From Felis catus (taxonomy: Eukaryota): DNA of 64,000 nucleotides. The stretch is from positions 114,144,001-114,208,000 of the forward strand of contig NC_058373.1 of assembly GCF_018350175.1 (NCBI RefSeq), read 5' to 3'. Of this stretch, positions 12,354 to 23,531 are shown in pieces. A program made the translations under genes and the position numbers. The notes beneath the pieces were generated by a model. The model searched no databases. It was not told where the DNA came from and saw only the letters and a list, made by a program, of their open reading frames with translations. Position 1 is the first letter of the stretch, and each line of letters opens with the position of its first letter.

Positions 12354-12423
12354 ATAAATTTGTATTGCCTTAAGCCACTACATTGGTGGTAATTTGTTAC
12401 AGCAGCAATAGAAAACTGATTCA
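12354..12423 (+). mobile_element. MLT1 LTR 3' terminus only
   Basis: ATAAATTTGTATTGCCTTAAGCCAC, GGTAATTTGTTACAGCAGCAATAGAAAACTGATTCA. Confidence 0.8.
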
Positions 12424-13309
12424 GACCCTGGTAGATAGCTGCAATGCAAAAGATGACAACATCCCCAGGTCCCATGATCTGGGCATTGAAAATCACAATG
12501 GTCACCTCCACATTTTCCTGATGACCATCTGAAAACTCTCACCACTGTCCTGGCCAAGCACCATTGTTATTACTATGATTTGTATTTTTTATTATCTGAA
12601 ATTTTACTTTTAAAAGGTCATCAATCTCAGTTTCCTGGCTCTAGTCAGATTTGCACTAAGCCATCCAAAGCCAGAGTTGTCCAATCTGTTGCTAAAGAGC
12701 TGGGGATAGACTCTACCATCCACTGTAAAGAATACCTTCTTCCACATTATGTGGCCCCAATGGAGTTTAACCACCAAATGGTTTCTACCCCACCATAGCC
12801 TTGCTAAACTACTTAAGAGAAAAACTTTAGCCATTGAGAATCATGTCACCCATCACATTTCCTCTTTCTTGCCTTTAGCTGCCAAGAAGCCTTGAACAAA
12901 TTTAATGCTCAATTACAGTAATGGTTAGCTCAGGTTTTTGGCATAATTATTTTCTCTTCCTCATCCATGGTTTAAATTTCTTTCTCTTATTCATCCAACT
13001 TATTGTACACATGTCTTTTCTTGTAAACTATCTTAAGAATACTTTGAGAGTTGGATATAAATCATAAAGTGCAAAAAACAAATGAAACTTTACCTATTCT
13101 CTTGTAAGAACCCATTATCAGTCTGTTAAAATTCATATTGCTAAACATCTTGACCAGTAAATTCCAAGAAGGAGGGATGAAGAGCATGATGAGTCAAGGT
13201 TCCATATTTAATGAGAAAAAAAATTCTGACTCTAAATATGGATTTGGTTGAAAGAAAATATTTACCTTTTAAAATGATTATTTAATAAGCATTCTAATAT
13301 GTGCTGTGA

Positions 13310-13500
13310 GCAGCTACTGGGTGCCAGATGCTGTTTTAAACTTTATTCCATCAATCTTGTGACATAGATTGTATCATTTCTAATTGGCTAATGGGAAAAC
13401 TGTGGCTCAAGAAAGTTAGATAAATTTCCCTCAACCTCCCAGCTAGTAAGTGATGAGCCTCTGGTTGACACTCTGGTCTGTCCAACTCTAAATAAGTCCC
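13310..13500 (-). mobile_element. MIR
   Basis: ATGGGAAAACTGTGGCTCAAGAAAGTTAGATAAATTTCCC, CAGCTAGTAAGTGATGAGCC. Confidence 0.7.
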
Positions 13501-13900
13501 ACCTCTATTGTGCTTCAGGAAATGCAGTTGATTTCCTTTTTCTAGGTGGATTAATGTTGAAACAGTGAACATGGCTCAAACTACAGTTATCTGAGTTCCA
13601 AATCCAAAAGCTGGACAAGAGGGTCCCATGGAGTAACAGGGACTAAATTGCTCTAAGCATGGTAGCTGACTAGAGTGAGGCTCACTGCTGGAACTAAAAC
13701 ACTGAGATGGAACTTTCTTACTAGGGAAAGCATGTTGAAAAAAAAGACACTAATGACACTACATGGGACTGCTTCTATGAAACTATAGGCCTTTGGAGGC
13801 AGGAGGAAGTAGTCAGAGCCCAGCAACAGAAACCAGGATGTTTCACCTACTCTGGGAGATATCACTAATTCCATGGTTATGCATGATCGATAAGGAGAAA

Positions 13901-13975
13901 GAAAAGAAAAGAAAAGAAAAGAAAAGAAAAGAAAAGAAAAGAAAAGAAAAGAAAAGAAAAGAAAAGAAAAGAAAA
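13901..13975. repeat. (GAAAA)15 pentanucleotide microsatellite
   Basis: 15 perfect units counted. Confidence 0.97.
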
Positions 13976-16025
13976 GAAAGGAGAAAAGACAAGACACCCA
14001 CACACATACACACTCCAATTAGCATCCAAACAAAGATAGCCAACACTAAGAAAAACAAAATTAACATTTGTTAGATGTTAGTTTGTACAAAAGAAATTAA
14101 AAGAACAATCTGGCAAAGACTCTAAGTGTATTTAAATAAAGAGGAATAACACCTATTTTTAAAAGGAAATTGTGAAATAAAGCAGGCATAAATGAAATAA
14201 GAATTGGTAAACATGAAAAAGAGCCAATTAGAAAGGTAAAATCTGTAGATAGGATAAACTCTAGATAAGACATAGTTGAAGAGGGATCAGTGAATGGGAA
14301 GGTAGTATGGAAGAAGTCACTCAAAATGCAGCCCAGAGTCAAAGTTAAGAGAGTGGAAGGCAGATCGAAAAGTTCCAATTTATGTCTATTAGGAGTTCTG
14401 CAAGAAAGCATTGAGGGAATAGTAAAGAATCCACAGTTGGAAAGATTTTAATTGAAAAAAGCACTTTGAATACTGAGTAGGATAAATAAAAGTAAATCCA
14501 CATTTAAAACTTTGTAGTGAAACTATAGAACTTCAAGGATAAAAAAAGACAATATTGGAAATTACCAGAAAGGAAAGAGAGGTTACTTATACAGAAATAA
14601 CGTTTGCATTGATAATAGACATCTCAGTAGCAACAAGATATTCCAGAAGACAGTGGTGGGGTATCTTCAAAGATCTGAGGAGGAAAAAAAAGAACTGTTA
14701 ATCTAAAGTTTTATATTTAGTTGAACTAGCCTTAAAAGAGTTACAAATAAAAGAATTTTTAGAAATAAAAAGGAATGAAGTTTGTCAGTCTTGGATCTTC
14801 ACTAAAAGTACCATTAAAGGATGTATTATAACAGGGAAAAAAAAAACTGAGTAAACTATCTGAATCATGAAACTATAGTGGGCATAGAAATAAATTGATT
14901 AAACTGCACTTCAACTGATTATAAAAATAACTAAATCTGGAGTTTAAAATAAAGTTTAAGTCAAAATATTGGGACAATCTGATGGGAGAGGGAGTGTTAA
15001 TTAGATAGTTAAAATGTGCTAACACTCCTTCCTGGTCAAGAGGATAAGATATTAAAAATCTTTATTCCTTGAAATATTCACAATTAAATGTGTATGATAA
15101 AACTTTAGGGTGATCATGAGCTGAAAAGAACTTCAATCTGTAGCTTCCAAATCAACAAAGAGAAAAATATAGAACATAGAACACCTTATCAATCTAATAG
15201 TAGGCAAGAAAAAATAAAGAAATAAAGAAGCAAAGAAGATAAATAGAAAAGCCTAAGTAAAATGGAAGAAGTAAGTAAAAAATAACAGTAACTACAATAA
15301 GTGGATTAAATGTACCTACTAAAAACCAGAGATTATCAGATTAGAATTTTTTAAAGTATCCTGCTTTGGCTATTTTCAAAGCACATACCTAGGCCAATCC
15401 ACAAGAATTTTAGGAATAAAGAGATGGCAAAAGCAATACTAGGAAATACCCAAAGAAAGGTGGTGTCAGAGTATAAATAGCAGTCAAATAGAATTTAGGC
15501 AATATATATTAATACGGATAAAGAGAAAAACATTATTATAAAGGAACCCTCCATCAAGAAGACATAACAATCATGAATCTGTATGCCTCTAAAAACACAA
15601 TCTTGAAACCTTGAAATATATAAAAATAAAAACTGAGAGAAATACAAATGTACAATTATGGTACAGACTTAAACTCATTTTTACAAAGGCACTTATTAAG
15701 AACTTAAAAGATATAACCACAAACTATTATACACTTTACTCAAAATTCAACAATAAAGGACACATATTCTTTCCTAAGAACACATTGAACATTTACATAA
15801 ATTGACATTACAGGCCACAAAAGGGGTCTCAATGAATTTTTAAGAATTGATACCATATAGACATATTCTCTGGCCACAGTGAAACTAAATAAGAAAAACT
15901 AATCTCATAAGTAATTTGTATTTAAAAAAGAAAAAAAATGTAGCTATATATCAAAGCTTGAAGACACAGCCAAAGTACTTAAGAGAGAAACTCACAATCT
16001 TAAAATTCATTAAAGAAAATTAGGT

Positions 16026-16291
16026 GGACACGCCTGGGTGGCTCAGTGGGTTGAGTGTCCCACTTCCACTCAGGTCTTGATCTCACAGTTGATGAGATCT
16101 GTGGGTTCTGTGCTGACAGCTCAGAGCCTGGAGCCTGCTTCAGATTCTGTGTGTCTCTCTCTCTGCCCCTCCCCTGCTTGGGCTATCTCTTGCTCTCTTG
16201 CTCACTCTCTCTCTCAAAAATAAGTAAACATTAAATAAATAAACAGGTAAACATTAAGTAAATAAATAAATAATTTTTTAATTAAAAAAAT
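16026..16291 (+). mobile_element. Can-SINE inside L1
   Basis: CGCCTGGGTGGCTCAG head, (CT)n, TAAA-rich tail; TSD AAAATTAGGTG / AAAATTAAGTG. Confidence 0.9.
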
Positions 16292-16507
16292 AAAATTAAG
16301 TGAATATGAGGAGTTACGTGTTTAAATCTACAACCAAGAAAAATAACAGATTAAGTCCAAAAAAAGCAGATAACAGAATAATAAAGATCAGAACTTCATG
16401 GACAACAAACAAAGAAACAACAATAACAAAACTTGGAATCAACAAATCCAGAAGTTATTATTGAACTGACTGGTAAAATACAAAAAATTCTTCAAGACTG
16501 CTCAAGA

Positions 16508-16700
16508 GGGGCACCTGGGTGGCTCAGTCAGTTGACCCTCTGACTTCAGCTCAGGTCATCTCATGGTTTGTGAGTTCAAGTCCCACGTGGGGCTGGCTGC
16601 TGTCAGGTTGTCAGCGCAAAGCCTGCTTCAGCCTCTGTCCACTCTGTCTGCCCCTCCCCCACTTGCACTCTCCCCAAAATAAATAAATGTTAAAAAAAAA
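16508..16700 (+). mobile_element. Can-SINE inside L1
   Basis: Perfect 14-bp TSD AAGACTGCTCAAGA at 16494-16507 and 16701-16714. Confidence 0.95.
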
Positions 16701-17729
16701 AAGACTGCTCAAGAAACAAACAAACAAACAAAAAAAACCCAGTAAGTAGTAATATTAAGAAAAAAAAGAGACAAAATGACTCATAACTACAGATAAAGTT
16801 GGGATGAAGAAAATCATAAACTAGGATGAACAACTTTATGAACAACTCTGTGAATAACTTAATGTCAATGGATGAAATTGATAATTTTTCAAAATTGAAT
16901 CAAGGATGATTAATCGGAAACTTTAAATCAACCAATAGCCCATGAAGGAACTGAATCACTATCCAAAATCTTCCATTCAAATGATGTTGGGCCTAGGTGA
17001 TCTTACAGGAATGTTTTACCAACCCATCAAGGAACAGCTAACCTCTGTGTTATACAAACTGCTTTTGAATGTAGAAAAAGAAGGAAAACTACTCAATTTA
17101 TGAGGCTGGTATAAACTTGATATAAAACCCAAGACTATACAATGATAGACTAGTTGTTACAAACATAGATGAAAAATTCCTAAATAAAATATTACCAGAG
17201 ATAATGATGGTGTGTGCATGTATTAAAAAAAAAAAAAAAACCTTCTGGAGGAATTTATCTAAGAAATGCAAGGATGACCCAACATCAGATGATGCTAATA
17301 TAATATACCACTTATCACAGATTAAAATAGTAAAGGTTTATGATTCTCTTATAGATGCAGAAAAGTCATTTGATAGAATCCAAAGTTCTTCATTATATAA
17401 ACTCAGCAAACTAAGAATAGGAGTGAACTTCTTTCATTTCATAAGGAATGTATACAATAACAAATATCTTTGTAAACATTACACTCAAAGGTAAAACGTT
17501 AGCTGTATTCTTATTAAAATCAGGGGGAAAAAGGATATGGTAATACCTATTATCAGCCCATCAGTGCAATGAGGAAAGACAGTAAAGTTAAAGAATTGGA
17601 AAGAGAAAAGACAAGCCATCTTCCTTTAAAGACAGTAAGATTGTTTAAAGAAAATCCATACTGTAGGAAAATGGTTAGAAATAAAAAGGGAGTTCAGAGA
17701 GTTTGCTGAATATAACATCAATATAGAAA

Positions 17730-18057
17730 TTGCCAGAGGATGAGGGAAAAGAAAGATGAATAGGCAGAGCACAGGATTTTTAAAGCAATGAAACTATTCT
17801 GTATGATACTATAATGATGCATATATGTTGTTATACATTTGTCCAAACCCATAGAATGCACAACACCAAGAGCAAACTATGGACTTGGGTAATGGGTGGA
17901 TGTGGGCTCCTAAGTTGTAACAATGAACAGCACGGGTGGGGGATGTTGATAATGGGAGAGGCTGTGCATGTGTGGAGGCGGGGGACTCTGTCTGCACCTT
18001 CGGATCAATTTTGCTGTGAACCTAAAACTGCTCTAAAAAATAGTCTATTTTTTAAAA
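17730..18057 (+). mobile_element. L1MC1-like 3' end
   Basis: ATACATTTGTCCAAACCCATAGAATG and CAATTTTGCTGTGAACCTAAAACTGCTCTAAAAAATAGTCTA. Confidence 0.85.
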
Positions 18058-18084
18058 TGGTCAACAGCATTCCCTATATGCTAC

Positions 18085-19650
18085 ATAAAACCAATTTGAA
18101 GGGAGACAGAGAATAGGAAGGTAGCTGGAGGAGAATGTGGTATCAAGGGAGGATTTTTTTTAAGTTTATTTATTTTGAGAGAGAGAGAGAGAGAGAGAGC
18201 GCGAGCAGGGGAGGGACAGAGAGGGAGAGAGAGAATCCCAAGCACACTCCACTCTGTCAGGGCAGAGCCTGACATGGGGCTCAAACTCACAAACAATGAG
18301 ATCATGACCTGAGCCGAAATCAAGAGTCAGACACGTAGCCGGCTAAGTCACCCGGGCACCCCTCAAGAGAGGATTTTGAAAGATGAAAGCTAGCTGGGCA
18401 TTTTGTTGCTGATGCTGATAGAGTGATTCAGTAGAGTAGAAGAAGCTGATTGTGCAGAAGAGGGATGGGGCTGACCTCAGAAACAAAGTCCTTGAGACAT
18501 ACAGAGAAGGTGGAATCCAAAACACAAGTAGAGGGGTTTGGCTTTAATAGGAAGAGGGACACTTCTGTTGTGATGGGAGTGAAAACAGATACTACACCAG
18601 TACTTTTGCAGCTGTCGTGATGGGGAAATGAGAGCGTTTCCATCTGATTATTTCTGTTTCTCAATGAGACGTGATTTGATATCATCAGCTGAAAGGGGGT
18701 GATGGTTAGAGGTTTGAGGGGGAGAAGAGACACAAATAGTGATCTTGTGAAATGAACTTGCTAGAGAAATAATGCAGGACTTCTGGACAATATTGAGTAC
18801 TCATTTGAGAACGGCAGTAGTCATGGATTTAAAATGTGATCGTTCAACTCGAGGTGTTATTTTCTCCATTCATCTTCAATTGCCTCAGAGCTATTACGGC
18901 CTAAGCCAATAGGCTTGGGGTTGACCAAGCTTGGGGTTGGTTTGACCAGCTTGGGGTTGTACTAGGCAAGTTTGGCCTAGATAGAACAAAACAGAGCAAA
19001 ACAAAACAAAACAAAAATAAACATGCAGGTGAGCTTACTTGATAGGAGGAGGCACACTACAGAAAGTTGGCTGGAAAGATAAAACTGGTGGTTGGATCAT
19101 ATGACAATTAAAATCTAGACTTGAAAGGGGTGATGACAAGGTCTAGGCTATGACCATGTAAAAGTATCTGAGGAAGGTGAAACAACAGATCATTGGAAGT
19201 GAGGAGGTCAAGGAACTCAGAAACCATGTTAAAGTCACCAAGGATGATGACAGAAACAGGGCTGAATGGGAGGAGGGTGAGCCAGGTTCTCCAGTGCTAA
19301 ATAAATAAATGAGCAATGGAGAGGTTATTGATGACAGAAAAAAAAATGGAGATAGGTTATATGGTCTGAAGAAATGAGTACCCCAAGACCTGTGGGTTTT
19401 ATAGGATAATGAGGAGAAAAGGCATAGAAGTAGCAATGGGAAGCAAGGAAGCCAACTTCCCCGTTGTCAGCCTCTGGGATATGTGGACAATGAGAAAAAA
19501 AAGCAGACCCCACTTTTGAGTGCAATGGTGAAAATCACATATTAGGGCCAACCAGGTTTCAGTGAAGGCACCAAGATGAACAGAATGTTTAAAGAAGAGG
19601 ATAAGGATTTAAAGGAGTTCCAGAAAGTTTGGGGGAGACGGTGGATATTG
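18085..19650 (-). mobile_element. Long degenerate L2 body, split by a SINE
   Basis: Purine-rich; GGAATCCAAAACACAAGTAGAGGGGTTTGGCTTTAATAGGAAGAGGGAC and GTTAAAGTCACCAAGGATGA resemble the L2 ORF2 reverse complement. Confidence 0.65.
18158..18362 (-). mobile_element. Can-SINE
   Basis: Poly-T, (GA)n, head ending GGGCACCCC; TSD TCAAG(G/A)GAGGATTTT at 18143-18157 and 18363-18377. Confidence 0.93.
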
Positions 19651-19840
19651 AGTCAGATAATAATAATTGGGTCAGATATTAATAACAGCACCGGCATTGT
19701 CTATTGTCTCTTCCCCACCTCCTCCCCCACTAGCATGTAAACTCCATGAGGGTAGGCATCTTTGTCTATTTTGTTCACAGATATATCTCAAGGACTAGAA
19801 AAGTGCCTGGAAATCCTAGATGCTCAGTAAATATATGTGG

Positions 19841-20050
19841 TTTTTTTTTTTAAGTTTATTATTTATTTTTGAGAGAAAGAGAGAGTGAGCACAAGCAGGG
19901 GAGGGGCAGAGAGAGAGACAGAATCTGAAGCAGGCTCCTGACTTGGAGCTGTCAGCACAGAGATGTATGTGGGGCTGAAACGAAAGAAACTCGAGATCAT
20001 GACCTGAGCTGAAGCTGGAGGCTTAACCGACTGAGCCACCCAGACGCCCC
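19841..20050 (-). mobile_element. Can-SINE inserted in an L2 3' end (L2 about 19700-20065, + strand)
   Basis: Poly-T, (GA)n, head ending CCACCCAGACGCCCC; L2 terminus GCTCAGTAAATAT / TGTTGAATAAAT is split around it. Confidence 0.9.
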
Positions 20051-20065
20051 ATTGTTGAATAAATA

Positions 20066-20250
20066 ACAGTAGCTAATATTTACTGAACACTAATGTGCCA
20101 GGATGCTGCTAAGTGTTTTATATGTATTATTATTACCACCCCATTTTATAGATAGCAGCATTGAAGCACAGAGAAGCTAAATAATTCGCCTTAGGCCATG
20201 GAACTAGCAAGTGATAGACTTGAAGTTCAAGCGCACTCGAGTTGTAGGTT
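20066..20250 (-). mobile_element. MIR
   Basis: CCCCATTTTATAGAT, GAAGCACAGAGAAGCTAAATAATTCGCCTTAGGCCA. Confidence 0.7.
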
Positions 20251-21029
20251 GGCTCTGGAGCCCCTATATGCTGAACCTCCAGATTACCCCATCTCCTTAT
20301 GGTTGGTGAACACACAGAGCAATGTCAAGCTAAGAACCCAGGTGATGGTAAATGACCAAAGAGCAATGAGGTTAAATATTAAATGATAACTATTATTACT
20401 GATTTCAAAAGCTAGTCTCAAAACTAGTATAGGGCATTTGCTGCCCCTAATGTCACATACTCTTGGTCATCTGTCACTGTGAACCAGTCACTTTCTGCTC
20501 TCAGTTTCCAGTTCTTTCCTCCATATCTTTACCTACTGTGTATCTCCCTTATTTGTTATTTTTAGTTTCCCCTGGCAAACCCTCAGCCTTTTCCACGAAC
20601 TTTTTTCAAGGACAGTCAGGCACATTGGAACCTAATCTCTGAGCATGTGATATTGACACATCGATCTTACTGCAGGCCTGAGGATCACCAGGCTGACTCA
20701 CTGTCATACTGATTCCAGCTACCTACTCATTCTGGAAGCACCCTTTGAAGTGCTGAGATTCTGCTGGCCATTTTATGAACAGCGCACACTATAAAGTAAA
20801 AAACGAAATGAACATTGCAACACTTCAGGGAAACCAAGAAAGAAAATGAGTATGTGTAGCTGGGTAACTGGATAGAAGAAACTCGGGATAGTGCCACTGT
20901 TTCTGCATTAGGGCCCCTGCATCATATCCCACAGTGAGACATATGCTCCCTGGGGTCAGGGCACATGGAAGGTCTCCATAAGCACTTGGTAAATCAGACT
21001 GAAGGTTAGTACCCACAGTGCATTGGTGC

Positions 21030-21470
21030 TATTTTATCCATTAAAGTTCTTTAGCTGCGTGAAACGGAAGCACCTCTGGCTTACATAAACAAAAGAGGGT
21101 TTAGAAGAAGGATATAGGGAGCCTATAGGATTCAGGACAGACTGGGGAACCAGTCTCAGAAATGGGCAAGAAGCAATCAAGCTCCAGAAGGTACGAAGTA
21201 AGAACCTCAGTAAGGGTTCCAAAAGTCTGGTCAAGATACTCAAGTTGGATGCGATGACTTTCCTAATGTTTCCGTTCTCTTTGTCCCTCTGCTCAAAACC
21301 CACATTCCATGGGGGAACATCTGATTGGCCTAGCTTGGGTCACAAACCTCTTATCCAGCTCTGTCCACAGACCCGTCCTAAGGGGAAGAGATTATCTCCC
21401 AAAAGGAAAACAGGGTGGTGTTAATAAGAGGAAATGGGTGTGAGGCATTCTAACACAACAAATGCTCACG
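21030..21470 (-). mobile_element. Old MaLR LTR (MLT1K/L-like)
   Basis: GAACATCTGATTGGCCTAGCTTGGGTCACA and CCAAAAGGAAAACAGGGTGGTGTTAATAAGAGGAAATGG. Confidence 0.6.
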
Positions 21471-21860
21471 ATTCCTAGCTCTTCCATGGATGTTTAGGAA
21501 GACACATAACCTTAGCTACTCTCTGCTGTATTTTCAGAGTCCATCTTGACTTGGTCTGAAGAGAAAGGTATCTTTTAAAAGCAAACCAGGCATGCTTTAA
21601 CATTATTATCAGTATCAAACAATATTTATTTGGAAGGAACTCTTAAATTTACTGTCACATGAATATTTCCTGGTATACCAAGTTGCCTTGTGTACAACTT
21701 GTCTCCCTCTGTGGTTTGAAGTTCTTTTTTCTTATCATTAAAAATAAAATTCTTGACTTCTTATTGATTTAAATTGTTATGGAAATTTTAAATATTTTCT
21801 TCCTTTTTTTATTTTGCCACTTTCCCCATTGGTTTTCTTTCATTAAAAACTGAGACCCAC

Positions 21861-22014
21861 GGGCACTTGGGTGGCTCAGTCATTTAGGTGTCCAACTTTG
21901 GCTCAGGTCACTGTCTCATGGTTTGCCAGTTTGAGCCCCACATTGGGCTCTGTGCTGACAGCTCAGAGCCTGGAGCCTGCTTCAGATTCTGTGTCTCCCT
22001 CTCTCTCTGCCCCT
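21861..22014 (+). mobile_element. 3'-truncated Can-SINE
   Basis: Head and body to TCTCTCTCTGCCCCT; no tail and no TSD. Confidence 0.9.
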
Positions 22015-22620
22015 ATGATAATGGCTATCACAATAACAGCACATGTGTCCCTAAAGAGAGATCTTGCTCTAATATGGATTAAATGGGGTTGCTATGTTTT
22101 TGGAAAGGAGTCATAAATCACTGCAAATCTATTTCGTTTTTGTTTTGTTTATCTCTGCAATATCCTTTAAGATCAGCATGATGGGACACCCATCTTGAGG
22201 GATTGTTGGAAAAGAGAGAAGACTCTCAATGAAAAGTACTATCATTTCAGTTCTTCTAGACTTAGCCCACATATTGGCATAAAATATGTTTTTAATGAGA
22301 TCGTTTGAGTGAGACCTTTCAGATATGTTCTGTTTGATAAAATTTGTGTCTATTGCAGCTACTATTTTCTTAATCTGTAAAAAAAAATTCTATTTAATTA
22401 TCACTTGTATTTTCACTGAATAATCTCATTTTATTTCCCAAGTGAGTTGGTTGCAAGAGTTATTTTGTCCCCATTTGATTCACGTAGAAACTGATTCATC
22501 AAAAGATTATGATCTACTCAAGGTCACATAGCTAGTTAATCATAAAATCAGGCCAAGAATTAGGATGTCTTCACTTCTGGGCATATAATTATTTAAGTCA
22601 GGGATCTAGGATTGATGCCA

Positions 22621-22856
22621 GGGGTGCCTGGGTGGCTCAGTCAGTTAAACCTCCAACTCTTGATTTTAGGTCAGGTCATGATCTCACAGTTTCGTAAGTT
22701 CAAGCCCCACATTGGGTTCATCACTTATGGTGCGGAGCCTGCTTGGGATTCTCTCTCTCTTCTCCCTCTCTCTGCCTGCCCCCACCCCTTCACACACACA
22801 CACTCTCTCTCTCTCAAAATAAATAAATAAATGTTAAAAAAAAATAAAGAAAGAAA
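22621..22856 (+). mobile_element. Can-SINE (older)
   Basis: GGGGTGCCTGGGTGGCTCAG head, (CT)/(CA), A tail; degenerate TSD ATTGATGCCA / ATGGATGTCA. Confidence 0.92.
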
Positions 22857-22869
22857 ATGGATGTCAGTA

Positions 22870-23449
22870 CTTCACTTGGGGCCTTAGACCCCACTCTTTC
22901 AAGGGCCTTACTCTGGCCAGAGAGATGTGACCGCTCAGATGTTCCTCCTCCTCCTAGACCACACCCTGAATCCCAGAACTCTGGAGTTCACTGTCACATC
23001 TCCCCAAGCTCATTTGGGTCTGCCATCCCAAGGGCAGACTATGCCTTTGATGGAGGCACCACTAAGCCAGAGTGGCAGCCAAGGGGCAGCCATTTGGGGT
23101 GTAAGGGGATAGCCAGAGCTTGGGCTTATGGGCTGGAGTGTCCACATGAGTGTCCAAGACCCTAGTAATGCAGGATGGAGATGGGGGTGGGAAAGAAGGA
23201 CTGGGAGCCAAAAGCCAGCTCTCCCATGTTGCCCAATTTCTGTGAGGATATCCACAGGGTCCCAGAATTCTGAATTCACACCTGGCTACCAGGGCCTTAG
23301 GAAAGCATATTTTTTCTCTGTAGGCAGACAGAGCATATTTTGTTTCACAGTTAGTGAGCTTGATTTATACCTTTTCAATATTTAGACATCTGATACGTGG
23401 CCTCCATTTGTACCCTTGCCCCAGGCCCTGCAAGTATGAGTAGTGGGCT
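22870..23449 (-). mobile_element. MER115/Zaphod-like hAT-Tip100 fossil
   Basis: AATATTTAGACAT, GGCCTCCATTTGTACCCTTGCCCCAGGCCCTGCAAG match the recalled terminus in reverse complement; left boundary uncertain. Confidence 0.55.
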
Positions 23450-23494
23450 TATAGTATGCCAACATATTTTGTTTGGCTAGAAATGCTGTGTTTT

Positions 23495-23499
<5 letters not shown>

Positions 23500-23528
<29 letters not shown>
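23500..23528. repeat. Poly-T run within a MER102-like fragment
   Basis: About 29 consecutive T; flanks TTTTGTTTGGC and GAAGATTTCATATAAG are MER102-like. Confidence 0.8.

Positions 23529-23531
<3 letters not shown>

Larger units (their letters stand above)
14020..17728 (+). mobile_element. Ancient degenerate L1 (L1M-type) with ORF1, endonuclease and RT remnants
   Basis: A-rich sense strand; ORF1-like AGTTCCAATTTATGTCTATTAGGAGTTC near 14375; EN-start-like GTGGATTAAATGTACCTACTAAAAACCAGAGATTATCAGATT near 15300; ORF 17204-17494 has IDAEKSFDRIQ and LSKLRIGVNF (L1 RT); many stops and frameshifts. Confidence 0.85.

Noticed and set aside
13653..14074. Lys/Arg- or Phe/Ser-rich ORFs
   Set aside because: Artefacts of the (GAAAA)n repeat.
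17204..17494. Reverse-transcriptase ORF as an active or novel retroelement
   Set aside because: Short decayed fragment of an ancient L1 surrounded by stops.
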